64,000 nt of DNA from an uncultured Coriobacteriaceae bacterium (GCA_944321435.1 CALULH010000001.1:252452-316451); one strand, 5' to 3'; numbered from the stretch's first letter, positions 30,892 through 41,076 are shown. The notes: generated by a model not told the origin, from the letters alone. Translations and numbers: made by a program.

Positions 30892-31773
30892 TCAGTAGGA
30901 TTCGGATACCGGAAGCGGGGACGTGCGCCGCGTACGGGCACGCGCGCGGGCGAGAAGGTCGGATACGCTCATCCCTTGGTCGTAGTAAGCCATGAGCGCA
31001 CGTCCCATGGCGTACGTGCCCGCACCGCCGATCAGCGCCTTCACCAAAAACGAAATGTGCGGGGTGCGCCGGCAGACGAGGCGCGCCGCGCCGCGCAGGG
31101 CCAGGCCCGCCAGGGCCACGGCAGCCGCCTCGTAGGCCCGCTCCACCTTGAGGCCCCGCCCGTAGGTCTCGGCGAGCGAGAGCTGCATCTGGATCTGGGC
31201 GAGCGTCATGACCGGGTAGTTGGAGCCGGGGACGAAGACGAGCGCCCCCGTCGCGGCGTTGCGCAACGCGGCAGAGGAGACGAGCCGATGGGCCTGCGCG
31301 ATGCGCATGAACGGGAAGTTGGCCGCAAAGGCAAGCTGCTTGTCGGTGCGATCCAGGATCCAACGGGCCAGCGTTTCGAGCAGGTAGGTCTTGTTGGTCG
31401 AGGAGATGAGCCCCAGCATGGGGGTGTCGGTCTTGATGAAGGGAACCTCCACGGATGATTGCGACAGGCACACGGTGGGGATGCCGGCAACCACCAGGCG
31501 CTGGACCTGCGCCTGCAGGTGCACCGATCCTCCCGTCAGCACCAGCGCCACGTCGGTGTCCGCCTTGGGCACGACCGGGTGCGCGCCCAGGCGCTCCACG
31601 CGCACCAGCGCGTTGGTACGCTGCGGCACCAACGCCCCGCGGACCGCCCCTATGATGGCCGGCGCCGCCCCGGGCTCCACGTAGACCCCGATACGCACCT
31701 GCTCGTCCGCATCGCGCGTGCGCTCAACGCCCATGCGCAGGGCCTCCGCGACCTTATCGACCGGAATGCGCAT
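30892..31773 (-). CDS. hypothetical protein (293 aa); the C-terminal half is faintly DUF697-like
   Basis: ORF with a plausible ATG at 31773, tightly packed between rodA and the radical SAM gene. I recognise no catalytic motif and see no Walker A. The C-terminal FVPGSNYPVMTLAQIQMQLSLAETYG...GGAGTYAMGRAL resembles the DUF697 pattern, from memory only. Confidence 0.6.
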   Translation of the reverse strand: MRIPVDKVAEALRMGVERTRDADEQVRIGVYVEPGAAPAIIGAVRGALVPQRTNALVRVERLGAHPVVPKADTDVALVLTGGSVHLQAQVQRLVVAGIPTVCLSQSSVEVPFIKTDTPMLGLISSTNKTYLLETLARWILDRTDKQLAFAANFPFMRIAQAHRLVSSAALRNAATGALVFVPGSNYPVMTLAQIQMQLSLAETYGRGLKVERAYEAAAVALAGLALRGAARLVCRRTPHISFLVKALIGGAGTYAMGRALMAYYDQGMSVSDLLARARARTRRTSPLPVSESY

Positions 31774-31838
31774 TGCGCCCTCCCCTCTCCGTCTTGCTCT
31801 ACCCTGGTTTCTGTGCGCGCATCGCCGCGCGCGGCGCG

Positions 31839-33065
31839 CTACGCCGGCTTGGCCTTGTGTCGCCACACGGACTGCACCACGCCCACAACGGTAAGCTGCA
31901 CCATCATAGACGACGAGCCGAAGCTGATGAAGGGCAGCGGAATGCCGGTGATGGGCATGAGGCCGATGCACATGCCGATGTTCTCGAAGATCTGAAAGGT
32001 CCACATGCCCACAATGCCCACGGCCACGAGCTTGCCGAAGATGGACTCGGTACGCGCCGCGATGTAGACCGTTCCCAGGATAAGCAGCAGGTAAAGCGCG
32101 ATGAGCAGAAGGTCGCCCATGAAGCCGAACTCCTCCGACAGCAGCGCGAAGACGAAGTCGGTATGCGCCTCGGGCAGGAAGCCGGCGCCCGACTGCGAGG
32201 CGGATGCGGACCCGATGCCGCGCCCGAAGAAACCGCCCGAGCCCACGGCAATGAGCGACTGCAGGAGGTTGTAGCCCTCCTCCGAGGAAGACGACCCCTC
32301 GGGGTCCAAGAACACCAGCAGGCGGTTCAGGCGGTACTGGGCGATGAGCGGCGTGTCGAAGTAGGCCGTGGTGATGCTGTTCACCGCGAAGAAGAGCACG
32401 ATGAGCCCAACGAGCAGGCCGATCGTGGAAAGTACCCACTCCTTCTTGGGCCCTCCCATCATGATGATGACGGCACCGGCGACGAACACCACGATGCCCG
32501 ATCCCAGGTCTCCCTGAATGAGGATGCAGACGAACGGGATGCAGAGCATGACGCAGAGCTTGAGGTAGTCGCGCAGGCTGTCGATGGTGCCGTTGTACTC
32601 GGCCGTGAGCGAGGCCATGTAAAGCACCGTCACGAGCTTGGCAAGCTCAACAGGCTGGAAGGTCAGCCCTATGATGGGAAAACGGATCCAGCCCGTCATA
32701 CCGCCGCCCTCGTAGGAAAGGCCGGGTATGAACGGCGAGAAGATCAGCAGCACGTCGAGCACCATGAGGACGTGCGACCAGTTGGCGAACATGCGGTAAT
32801 CGATGTTCCACGCGCAGACGGCGAGCACCGTGCCGATGCCGACGCCCAGGAGCTGCCGGGGAAAGGAGGCCTCCTCGATGGACAGCGAGGCCGTCCAGAT
32901 GACGAAGCAGCCGTAAGCTACGAGCAGCACCGTGGCGATGACCACCGGGAGGAAGACGCCGTCTCGGGCGCGGCCGCGGCGCTGCGCGGCCTTCTTGTTG
33001 ACGATGCGCAGGCTCTCGCGCGTGGAGGCCTGCTGACGTTGGCGCTGCTGCGCTCGGGTTGGCAT
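31839..33065 (-). CDS. rodA: FtsW/RodA/SpoVE family peptidoglycan glycosyltransferase, RodA by context
   Basis: Polytopic SEDS protein (EAHTDFVFALLSEEFGF, PITGIPLPFISFGSSS). ATG at 33065 behind AGGAGG. Directly downstream of PBP2. Confidence 0.9.
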   Translation of the reverse strand: MPTRAQQRQRQQASTRESLRIVNKKAAQRRGRARDGVFLPVVIATVLLVAYGCFVIWTASLSIEEASFPRQLLGVGIGTVLAVCAWNIDYRMFANWSHVLMVLDVLLIFSPFIPGLSYEGGGMTGWIRFPIIGLTFQPVELAKLVTVLYMASLTAEYNGTIDSLRDYLKLCVMLCIPFVCILIQGDLGSGIVVFVAGAVIIMMGGPKKEWVLSTIGLLVGLIVLFFAVNSITTAYFDTPLIAQYRLNRLLVFLDPEGSSSSEEGYNLLQSLIAVGSGGFFGRGIGSASASQSGAGFLPEAHTDFVFALLSEEFGFMGDLLLIALYLLLILGTVYIAARTESIFGKLVAVGIVGMWTFQIFENIGMCIGLMPITGIPLPFISFGSSSMMVQLTVVGVVQSVWRHKAKPA

Positions 33066-33075
33066 GGCGTACCTC

Positions 33076-35127
33076 CTATCGCGCGCCGTCGCTCGCGACG
33101 ACGGTGGAGTCGTCGGGGGAATCGTAGATGGCGCCGAAAACCTCGCGCACCGCGTACATGGCCGAGTTGGCGCCGAAGCCGGCCTGCTCGCAGAGGCACG
33201 CGACAACGTACTGCGGGTCGTCGTAGGGGGCGTAGGCGATAAACCAGCCGTACTCGTCCTCGCCGGTCTTCTCGCCCGTACCCGACTTGCCGGCCAGGAT
33301 AACCTGCTGCCCGTCCTGGTAGATGTTCGAGAAGTGCGCGGCCGTGGAGGCGCTCTCCTCGTAGATGACGCCTTGGAGGCCCTGGTGCACCAGGTCCATG
33401 TAGCTGGAGTCCTCCTCCACCCGCAAGCGCTCCTTGGCCTCGTAGGAAAGGGCGTCGCCCTCGCCGTCGCGCGCCACCACGCTCTTGAGCAGGTGCGGGA
33501 CCATCTGAACGCCGCCGTTGGCCAGCCCGCAGTAGACCATGGCCATCTGCAGCGGCGTCACCAGGATGTCGCCCTGGCCGATGGCGAGGTTGGTCATGTC
33601 GCCGGGGTTCCACGCCTGGTCGTCGCTCGAATAGGAGCTGAAGGCCTCCTTCTTCCAGGCGGCATCCGGCACGCGCCCGGTGGACTCGCCCCCGAGATCC
33701 ACGCCCGTGGCCTCGCCCAGGCCCCACTCGCGGTAGGTCTGCTGCATGCCGTCGGTGTTGCCGTCGCTGAAGTAGAAGCCCTTGCCGATCTCGTAGAACA
33801 TGGGGTCGCAGGACCACGTGATGGCGCTTTGCAGGTTCATGGGACCGTGCCCGCTGTGGTCCCAGCAGTACTGGCCGTAAGCCTCTCCCAGGCCCGTCCA
33901 GTAGCCGGTGCAGGTGACCACGCTGTCGGGCGTCATGATGCCGTAGTTCAGCGCCGCGAGCGCCGTGAGCGGCTTGATGGTCGACGCCGACATGTACTGG
34001 CCGGCAATGGCGCGGTTCATGAGGGGGTACTTGTTGGCCTCGTCGTTGAGCTGGTCCCACACGTCCTGGCTGATGCCGCCCACAAACGAGGAGGGGTCGT
34101 AAGAGGGCGCGTTGGCCATTCCGAGGATCTCGCCGGTCTTGCAGTCGATGCACACGCACGACCCGGCGCCCGCGTTCTCGTAACCCTGTTGGCGGGCCGC
34201 CTCGAACGCCTTCTCCAAACCCGACTCGCATGCCTGCTGGATGGCGAGGTCGATGGTGAGCTTGATGTCGGACCCCGGCTGGGCCTCGACCGCGGCCGAC
34301 TGGCCCGTCACGTTGCCGTTGGCATCGACGCGCACGGTCTGCTCGCCGCGAATGCCCTGCAGCACGCGCTCGTAGGTGAGCTCCACGCCCGCCTGGCCCA
34401 CCACGTCGCCGCTCTCGTACGCGATGGCGCCGGGGTCGTCCGTCGTGTCGGCGTTGAGCTGCTCGGAGGTCGCCGTTCCCGTGTAACCCAGCAGCTGGGC
34501 CGCAAGCGTGCGATACGGGTACTGCCGCTCCGAGCGCTGGGCGATCTCCACGCCGTCGAACTCGCTGGCGTGCTCCTGGATGTAGGCCACCACGCGGCGC
34601 GACACGTCGGTGGCGACGGTGTGCGCGCTCTGGGCGCCCTCGGAGTTGTCCTGGATGTTGCGGCGCACCGCCGTGTAGGGCAGGCCCAACAGGTTCGCCA
34701 GATGGCGCACGGCGACCTCGTCGTCGGCAAGGCTGCTGTAGGCGGTCACCACGAGCGAGGGACGGTTGCCCACCAGCACCACGCCGTTGCGGTCGAGGAT
34801 CCGCCCGCGGTCGGCGGGGGTGGTGATGGTGCGGGTGCGGTTCTCCTCGGCCAGCTGCTCGTAGTAGTCCGACGAGACCATCTGCATGCTCCAGAGCTTC
34901 GCCACGATGAGCGCGAAGGCAGCGCCCACCCCCGCGATCAGTCCCGTGAAGCGGCCCTTGAACATGACCTTGGGGGTGTTGCCCTCCCCTTCCGAGGCAC
35001 GCGGCGCCGTGCCGTTCTCGGTATCGAAGCGGAACTTGCCCGAGTAGCCGCGGAGGGCGACGAGCGAGATGATGACGACGGCCACGAGCACGAGGCCGGC
35101 TATGATGACCAACAGCTGCGCATCCAT
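33076..35127 (-). CDS. mrdA: penicillin-binding protein 2 (elongasome transpeptidase)
   Basis: N-terminal TM segment, PBP dimerisation domain, transpeptidase SASTIKP (SxxK) and KSGTGE (KTG-like) motifs. mreBCD-mrdA-rodA order. Confidence 0.9.
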   Translation of the reverse strand: MDAQLLVIIAGLVLVAVVIISLVALRGYSGKFRFDTENGTAPRASEGEGNTPKVMFKGRFTGLIAGVGAAFALIVAKLWSMQMVSSDYYEQLAEENRTRTITTPADRGRILDRNGVVLVGNRPSLVVTAYSSLADDEVAVRHLANLLGLPYTAVRRNIQDNSEGAQSAHTVATDVSRRVVAYIQEHASEFDGVEIAQRSERQYPYRTLAAQLLGYTGTATSEQLNADTTDDPGAIAYESGDVVGQAGVELTYERVLQGIRGEQTVRVDANGNVTGQSAAVEAQPGSDIKLTIDLAIQQACESGLEKAFEAARQQGYENAGAGSCVCIDCKTGEILGMANAPSYDPSSFVGGISQDVWDQLNDEANKYPLMNRAIAGQYMSASTIKPLTALAALNYGIMTPDSVVTCTGYWTGLGEAYGQYCWDHSGHGPMNLQSAITWSCDPMFYEIGKGFYFSDGNTDGMQQTYREWGLGEATGVDLGGESTGRVPDAAWKKEAFSSYSSDDQAWNPGDMTNLAIGQGDILVTPLQMAMVYCGLANGGVQMVPHLLKSVVARDGEGDALSYEAKERLRVEEDSSYMDLVHQGLQGVIYEESASTAAHFSNIYQDGQQVILAGKSGTGEKTGEDEYGWFIAYAPYDDPQYVVACLCEQAGFGANSAMYAVREVFGAIYDSPDDSTVVASDGAR

Positions 35128-35137
35128 AGGCGACCGC

Positions 35138-35716
35138 CTAATGCAGCTTCCGGTAGCGCTTGGCCCCGCCGCGCTTGGCGTTTGCCGTGCGCAGGCTGTT
35201 GGGGCGGCGGGCGAACCCTTGGCCCAAATCGGCGCGCGCGAGCACGTAGAAGAACGGCAGCGCGAAGATCACGTCGAGCAAGATCGAGGCGACCCCATGG
35301 CCGAAGATAGCCGTGAGGATGTCGCTCTGGGTGCCGATGAGCAACAGGGCGATGGCATAGACCAGGTTAACCGCGCAGCAGGCGATGGCGAAGAGCTTGA
35401 GCGAGACGTCGAGCTGCTCGGCGAGACGATTGCGCTCGCCACTGCCCAGTATGAAGCCGGTCACGGACAGGATGAGCATCATCAGGCCAGCAGGCACCGG
35501 CATGGTGAAGTCGTAGAGGGTCCCGGCGAGAAAGCCGGCCACGCAGCCAGCGCGGCTGCCGGACAGCAGGGCCACCGTTCCCGTGAGGATGAGCATGAAG
35601 TTGACGGTGCCGCCGCCGATCGATATCTGGGTTGACAGCGCCATCTGCAGGACAACGCACACCACGGCGAGGATGCCCACCGTGCGGCGCGCCGAGTACT
35701 TGTCGTGCACTTCCAC
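35138..35716 (-). CDS. mreD: rod shape-determining protein MreD
   Basis: Small polytopic membrane protein directly after mreC. GTG start. Basic C-terminal tail. Confidence 0.8.
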   Translation of the reverse strand: MEVHDKYSARRTVGILAVVCVVLQMALSTQISIGGGTVNFMLILTGTVALLSGSRAGCVAGFLAGTLYDFTMPVPAGLMMLILSVTGFILGSGERNRLAEQLDVSLKLFAIACCAVNLVYAIALLLIGTQSDILTAIFGHGVASILLDVIFALPFFYVLARADLGQGFARRPNSLRTANAKRGGAKRYRKLH

Positions 35717-35719
35717 CGG

Positions 35720-36715
35720 TTACTCCCCTCCCGTCGTGCCGTCACCGCTCGCGTCGGCGCCGTCCTGCGATGCGTCCTGGTTGGAATCCTGCGAGGCGTT
35801 GTCCGACGTGGCGCCCGCCGGGTTATCGTCGGCGGAGGCGATGTCGTCGGCGCTCGCGGTCTGGTCCTCGGTGAGCGAGGTGATGACGAGCACCTCCTCC
35901 TGGTTCTCAACAGAGGAGAAGGCGTCGACCACGATGGTGTAGTACAGCGCGTTGTCCGCGCTTTCGACCGAGGAGACGCGGCCCAGCGGCAGGCCCTTGG
36001 GGTAAACGCCGCCGATGCCGGAGGTCACCACCATGTCGCCCGCCTGCACCTCGGCGTCGATAGGCACGTAGTTGAGCAGAAGCGACCCGTCGGGCTGCCC
36101 CTGGAGCATGCCCTGGGCACGCGTGGATTGGATCATCGCCGATACGCCGGAGCTCTCATCGGTGATGAGGCGCACCACCGAGCTGTTTGCCGAAACCTCG
36201 ATGATCTGGCCGATGACGCCGGCGGAGTTGGTGACGGGCATGTTGACGGTGAAGCCGTCGGCGGTGCCCTTGTCTATGGTCACGGTCTTGGTCCAGGCAT
36301 CCCCCGAGGTACCTATGATGCGCGCCGCCACCGACTGCAGGTTGTAGGTGCTCTGCAAGCCCAGCAGGTCCTCCAGGCGCGTGGCGGTTTCCTGGGCCTC
36401 GGAGAGCTCGGCCACCTGCGCGGTGAGCTCCTCGTTTTGCGCCTTGAGCTCGGAGAGGGTCTCCTCGGAGGCGGTGAGGTTTCCCATGATGTTGCCCAGC
36501 GCGTTGAAGGGCGTGGCCACGGCGCTGCCCACCACGCGCAGGGGCATGGTGACAGCCGTGACGCCGCTGCGCACGCTGTGGATGATGCCCGTATCGCCCT
36601 CGCGCAGATAGAAGGTGAGCACCAGGATCGAGATAAGGCAAAACGCAATCAACGGGCGCAGACCCGTTGATTGCTGCTTGCGCACAGTGGATTTGTAACG
36701 TTGGGTGCGTGCCAA
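35720..36715 (-). CDS. mreC: rod shape-determining protein MreC
   Basis: N-terminal TM segment, coiled coil (LSELKAQNEELTAQVAELSE), beta-rich domain with GDMVVTSGIGGVYPKGLPLG. TTG start behind GAAGGAG. Acidic, low-complexity C-terminus. Confidence 0.9.
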   Translation of the reverse strand: MARTQRYKSTVRKQQSTGLRPLIAFCLISILVLTFYLREGDTGIIHSVRSGVTAVTMPLRVVGSAVATPFNALGNIMGNLTASEETLSELKAQNEELTAQVAELSEAQETATRLEDLLGLQSTYNLQSVAARIIGTSGDAWTKTVTIDKGTADGFTVNMPVTNSAGVIGQIIEVSANSSVVRLITDESSGVSAMIQSTRAQGMLQGQPDGSLLLNYVPIDAEVQAGDMVVTSGIGGVYPKGLPLGRVSSVESADNALYYTIVVDAFSSVENQEEVLVITSLTEDQTASADDIASADDNPAGATSDNASQDSNQDASQDGADASGDGTTGGE

Positions 36716-36733
36716 GGGGGCTCCTTCAAGCCG

Positions 36734-37777
36734 TTAGGCGTTGGTTTGGACGAACCCGCCGTCGAAGGCATTGGCCTCCAGCACGCGCGAGCACCCGATA
36801 ACCACGTTGTCGAGGGCCGTAGGGCTCACGTTGACCGGAACGCCGGTCTCGTCGCGCAAACGGATATCGAGGCCGCGCAGCAACGCGCCGCCGCCCGTGA
36901 GCAGGATGCCGTAGTACATGAGGTCGCTCGCCAGATCCGGCGGAGTTGCGTCGAGCGCGTCCTTGACGGCCTTGGTCATGTCGTCGAGCGGCTTGTTGAG
37001 GGCGCGGCGGATCTCCTCGCTCTCGATGCGCACCGTCTTGGGAAGGCCGGTGATGACGTCGCGTCCGTTGACCTCGACGTCGAGCTCGTCCTTCAAGGGC
37101 ACCGCCGAGCCGACCTTGATCTTGATGTCCTCGGCCGTGCGCTCGCCGATGGCGAGGTTGTAGGCGTCTCGAACGTGCGTGAGAATGGACTGGTCGAACT
37201 CGTCGCCCGCGATGCGGATGGACTGCGAGACCACGATGCCGCCCATGGCGATAACGGCGACCTCGGTGGTGCCGCCACCGATATCCACGACCATGGAGCC
37301 CGTAGGCTCCTCAACGGGCAGGTCGGCGCCGATGGCTGCGGCCATCGGCTCCTCGATGAGGTACGCTTGGCGGGCGCCGGCCGAGATGGTGGCCTCGAAG
37401 ACGGCGCGCTTCTCGACCGAGGTCACACCCGAGGGGACGCAGATGACCACGCGCGGACGGGGCGACCAGGGATAGTGCTTCTCGCGCGCCTTCTCGATGA
37501 AGTAGCGCAGCATGGCCTCCGTCACGTCGAAGTCGGCGATGACGCCGTCCTTCAGCGGTCGAACGGCCACGATGTTGCCCGGCGTGCGCCCGAGCATGCG
37601 CTTGGCGTCCATGCCGACGGCAAGGATGCGCTCGTCGTTGCGGTCGATAGCCACCACGGAGGGCTCGCGGATGACGATACCCTTGCCGCGCACGGCAACC
37701 AAGGTGTTGGCCGTACCCAGGTCGATGGCAAGGTCGCCGCCGTACTGGCCGAAGAACATATCCATGAGGGAGAACAA
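36734..37777 (-). CDS. mreB: rod shape-determining protein MreB
   Basis: DLAIDLGTANTLV, VVDIGGGTTEVAV actin-fold motifs. TTG start behind GAGGAG; in-frame ATGs at 37765 and 37759 are alternatives. Confidence 0.95.
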   Translation of the reverse strand: MFSLMDMFFGQYGGDLAIDLGTANTLVAVRGKGIVIREPSVVAIDRNDERILAVGMDAKRMLGRTPGNIVAVRPLKDGVIADFDVTEAMLRYFIEKAREKHYPWSPRPRVVICVPSGVTSVEKRAVFEATISAGARQAYLIEEPMAAAIGADLPVEEPTGSMVVDIGGGTTEVAVIAMGGIVVSQSIRIAGDEFDQSILTHVRDAYNLAIGERTAEDIKIKVGSAVPLKDELDVEVNGRDVITGLPKTVRIESEEIRRALNKPLDDMTKAVKDALDATPPDLASDLMYYGILLTGGGALLRGLDIRLRDETGVPVNVSPTALDNVVIGCSRVLEANAFDGGFVQTNA

Positions 37778-37840
37778 GGCAACTCCTCGAAACCCGAGCA
37801 GGTCCGGGCATAGACATCGGTGCTAAGAGAGAAGTGTAAC

Positions 37841-37868
37841 GCGGGCGCGCTCCGCCCGGCGCGCCCGC
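37841..37868 (-). terminator. strong GC hairpin between the TPR gene and mreB
   Basis: Perfect 10-bp arms gcgggcgcgc / gcgcgcccgc with an 8-nt loop, 23 nt after the TPR gene stop. The downstream tract is only moderately U-rich. Confidence 0.4.
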
Positions 37869-37890
37869 GTCAAGAAAACGCGCAAATTAC

Positions 37891-39261
37891 CTAGGCGGCA
37901 CTGCCATCCGCGCCGTCGGAGGCCGCATCCGCGCCGGCATCGGCGTTGCCCGCGTCATCCGTCTGGCCAGCATCGGCCTCGTCGGAGCCCGTGGAGCCGA
38001 AATCGAGCGTCATGCCCGAGACAGCCCAGCCGATCCCGTCGCGCACGAAGGTGACCGTGTAGTCCTGCACGCCGCCCGCCGAAAGCGTGACCTCGACGGA
38101 GGCGGTGGACTCGGTCATCGACTGGTCCATGTTGGTGATCTGGGCGGTGGCGTCCTGCGGCACCATGGAGACGATGAGCTGCTTCTGCTCGTCAGACAGC
38201 GCGCTCGCCAGGTCGCCGGTGGCGTCCTCACCGGCCGAAACGGCCGTGAACAGGTTGTTGAGCGCGTCCTGCTGAGACGGGATGCCGAAGCCCTGGTAAA
38301 GGGCGAAGGCGGCGCCGCCCGCGGCGAGGAGCAGGACGAGCAGCAGCACGATGAAGACCTTGAGGCCCGTGTGCTTGCGCTTGCGCTTGATCTTCATCTC
38401 GCGCTTGTCCTGCTGGATCATCTCGTTCTCGGTGAGGGTGAAGAAGCCCGTGTCGGAGGGATCGGGCATGAACTCGCCGGACTTGCCCAACGGGTCGAGC
38501 GGGTCGTACAGCACGCCCGAGGTGGAGGCGGAGACGGACGCGGGCGTGGCGGAGAGGCTCGCCTGACCGGCCATGATGTCCTGCGCGCGCTGGTAGTCGG
38601 CGTTCTGCTCGGGCGTAAGGGCGTACGTGCCCCCCTCGAGCGCGTGCCCGAAGGCGTCGAGCGCCTCCTCCATGCGGCTGGCGGCCACGCAGGCCTGGCC
38701 GAGCCCGGCGTAAATGGCCTGCTGGTTGGTGGAGGGGCTGGCAAAGTCAAGCGCCGTGCGGTACGCCTCGATGGCGTCCTGCGGGCGCCCCAGCTCCACA
38801 AAGCATCCGCCCAGCTTGGAGAGGGCCGCGGCGGGCTCGGGGTTGGTCTCGTCGATGGCGGCCTGGCGGAACGCGACGCCGGCCTCGGTCACATTGCCCT
38901 GCTTGATCAGTATGTCGCCGAGCGCCAGCTGCGCCTTGTACGGGGTGGCGTAGGTGGGATCCTGGACCGCGGCGCGGAAGCACGCCACCGCGCGGTCCAA
39001 ATCGCCCAGGGCGGTGCGGGCCTTGCCCTCGTTGGTGAGCAGCGCGCCGCGGTGCCCGTAAGCGGCATCGGCCAGGGCCGACTCGTAGGCCTCGGCGGCC
39101 TCGGCGATGAGGCCGAGCTTCATGAGCGCGTTGCCGCGCAGGTGGTCGGCCTCGCCGGCGGGCTCGGAGGGATCCTTGCACGCCGCGAAGAACTGCGCGG
39201 CGCTCGCGAAGTCGCGCGCCTGGTAGGCGGCACGCGCTTGATCAAACAGCAGGTTGTTCAC
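37891..39261 (-). CDS. tetratricopeptide-repeat membrane protein
   Basis: N-terminal TPR-like repeats (AAQFFAACKD..., ALMKLGLIAEAAEAYESAL..., ALGDILIKQGNVTEAG...), one TM segment (VFIVLLLVLLLAAGGAAFALY), a small extracytoplasmic domain and an acidic tail. GTG start behind AAGGAG. Confidence 0.75.
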   Translation of the reverse strand: MNNLLFDQARAAYQARDFASAAQFFAACKDPSEPAGEADHLRGNALMKLGLIAEAAEAYESALADAAYGHRGALLTNEGKARTALGDLDRAVACFRAAVQDPTYATPYKAQLALGDILIKQGNVTEAGVAFRQAAIDETNPEPAAALSKLGGCFVELGRPQDAIEAYRTALDFASPSTNQQAIYAGLGQACVAASRMEEALDAFGHALEGGTYALTPEQNADYQRAQDIMAGQASLSATPASVSASTSGVLYDPLDPLGKSGEFMPDPSDTGFFTLTENEMIQQDKREMKIKRKRKHTGLKVFIVLLLVLLLAAGGAAFALYQGFGIPSQQDALNNLFTAVSAGEDATGDLASALSDEQKQLIVSMVPQDATAQITNMDQSMTESTASVEVTLSAGGVQDYTVTFVRDGIGWAVSGMTLDFGSTGSDEADAGQTDDAGNADAGADAASDGADGSAA

Positions 39262-39290
39262 GTTCGCTCCTTCTCTTATGCGCGTGCGCT

Positions 39291-39839
39291 TTAGCGCGCG
39301 TTCTCGTCGCGGATAATCTCGACATGCTCGATCACGTCGCCGGCGCGCAGCGCACCGATGACGTCGAGCCCTTCGATGGTCTGGCCGAACACCGTGTAGC
39401 CGGAGTCAAGGCCGTGCTGAGGGCCGAGGCAGAAGTAGAACTGCGACCCCGCGGAATCCGGATGCTGCGAGCGGGCCATGGCGAGGGCGCCGTCCTCGTG
39501 GAGGTTGCGCGGGTTGGTGGCGTACTCCGCCTTGATGCGGTAGCCCGGGCCGCCCGTTCCGGGCATGCCGTCGGGGCCGGGCTTGCCGGCCGCCACGTCG
39601 GTTGGTGCCATGGCGCGGGTATTGGGGTCGCCGCCCTGGATGACGAAACCGGGCACATAGCGATGGAACTTGACGTCGTCGTAGAAGCCCGACTCGGCGA
39701 GCTCGCAGAAATTGGCGACATGGATGGGCGCGCCCGCGCCGTCCAGGCGCACGCGGATCGTCCCCTTGGACGTGGTGAGCACAGCGACCTCGTCCCCGGC
39801 AACCGGGTACGTGGGCGTGTACAGTGGATCTCCGAACAT
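39291..39839 (-). CDS. peptidylprolyl isomerase, cyclophilin type
   Basis: FHRYVPGFVIQGGDP...GSQFYFCL...YTVFGQ motifs. Confidence 0.92.
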   Translation of the reverse strand: MFGDPLYTPTYPVAGDEVAVLTTSKGTIRVRLDGAGAPIHVANFCELAESGFYDDVKFHRYVPGFVIQGGDPNTRAMAPTDVAAGKPGPDGMPGTGGPGYRIKAEYATNPRNLHEDGALAMARSQHPDSAGSQFYFCLGPQHGLDSGYTVFGQTIEGLDVIGALRAGDVIEHVEIIRDENAR

Positions 39840-39951
39840 GGCTACTCCTCGTCGAGGGCGTCGTAAAAGCTACATACCCTGTCATTCTAGCAAGAAGCGC
39901 GCCTGTTCACGAATTCGGCATGTCGTGCGGTCCGCCGGCGGCCCTCTTTTT

Positions 39952-41076
39952 TTAGGCCGTCGCGCCCTTCTCGACGGGTCGCCATGCCTCCAAGTTGGAG
40001 CCGAACGCGTCCGCCGCCGCGGCGTCCTCGAACGACCGCGAGCGCAACGGCTCGGTGACGGCGCTCGCCTCCGGCCGCGAGCCCTCGACGTAGCTGAGCG
40101 ACACGTCCCACGACGCGCATATGATGTCGGCGCGGGTGCGCATCCACCCGGCGAGCTGCTTCAGGTTCTCCACGTCCTGCGCGTACGCCGTGTCCTCAGG
40201 GGCGTTTAGGCCGTCAAGCTCCTCGATTACGGCATCGCAGGCATCCCTGAGCGCATAGGCCCTCGCGCTCCCCTCCTCGCGGCGGGCGCGGTCGGAGTAG
40301 GCGTACCAGGAGTTGTAATCGTCCACGATCTCCCCGTACCTGTCGGGGAAGGACGCGATGGTCTCGTAGACGCCCGAGATGCGCACGTACACCTGATCGT
40401 CGGTCAGCGGGGCATCGGCATCCACGACGCTGCCCGCCGGCTCGTCGGCCGAACCGGTCCCCGTCGCGCCCGCAACCGGCTGGCGCGACGGGAAGGCGTC
40501 GGCAGCCGCCTCCCTGAACTGTTGGTAGAGGCCGGGCATGACGCCCCAGGGATCGTAATAGACGAAGGCGGCCGCGCCGGCAATGGCCGCTATGAGGAGC
40601 AGCGTCAGGATGATCTTGCCCCAGGGGCGCTTGCGGGTATGGTACGGGTCGTCCCCCGTGCGCCCCCCGTCCCAAACGCTCTGCTGCGCCAGCTCGTCGC
40701 GCGAGAAGCTGCTCATCAGGCTTGGATCGAAGGGGTTCGCCGTGCCGTCGGCCGCGTCGATCGGGGGCACGCGGCCCTCGCGGCCCATCCCCGCGCGCTC
40801 GATCTCCTCGCGGGTGAGCCGCGGGAAGCTCGCGGTCTTGCCCGCGGCGAGATCGCTCGCCGCGGCATCGGTTGACAGGATGGAGGGCGCGGGCCGCCCG
40901 CACTTGGGGCACACGCGCTCGCCCGCGGCGATGCGCGCGCCGCAGCCCTCGCAGAAGACGAACTTCTCGGCCTCGTGGCGCGCGTCGCCCACGAAGGCGT
41001 GGCAGTTCGGGCAGAACTCGGCGTCGTCGTCTATGGTCCTGTTGCACTGCGGGCAGATCAAGCCTGCTCCCTCCAT
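39952..41076 (-). CDS. zinc-ribbon domain membrane protein, function unknown
   Basis: Two CxxC...CxxC ribbons at the N-terminus (CPQCN...CPNCH; CEGCG...CPKCG), one TM segment (IILTLLLIAAIAGAAAFVYY), and a C-terminal domain with no motif I recognise. Confidence 0.7.
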   Translation of the reverse strand: MEGAGLICPQCNRTIDDDAEFCPNCHAFVGDARHEAEKFVFCEGCGARIAAGERVCPKCGRPAPSILSTDAAASDLAAGKTASFPRLTREEIERAGMGREGRVPPIDAADGTANPFDPSLMSSFSRDELAQQSVWDGGRTGDDPYHTRKRPWGKIILTLLLIAAIAGAAAFVYYDPWGVMPGLYQQFREAAADAFPSRQPVAGATGTGSADEPAGSVVDADAPLTDDQVYVRISGVYETIASFPDRYGEIVDDYNSWYAYSDRARREEGSARAYALRDACDAVIEELDGLNAPEDTAYAQDVENLKQLAGWMRTRADIICASWDVSLSYVEGSRPEASAVTEPLRSRSFEDAAAADAFGSNLEAWRPVEKGATA

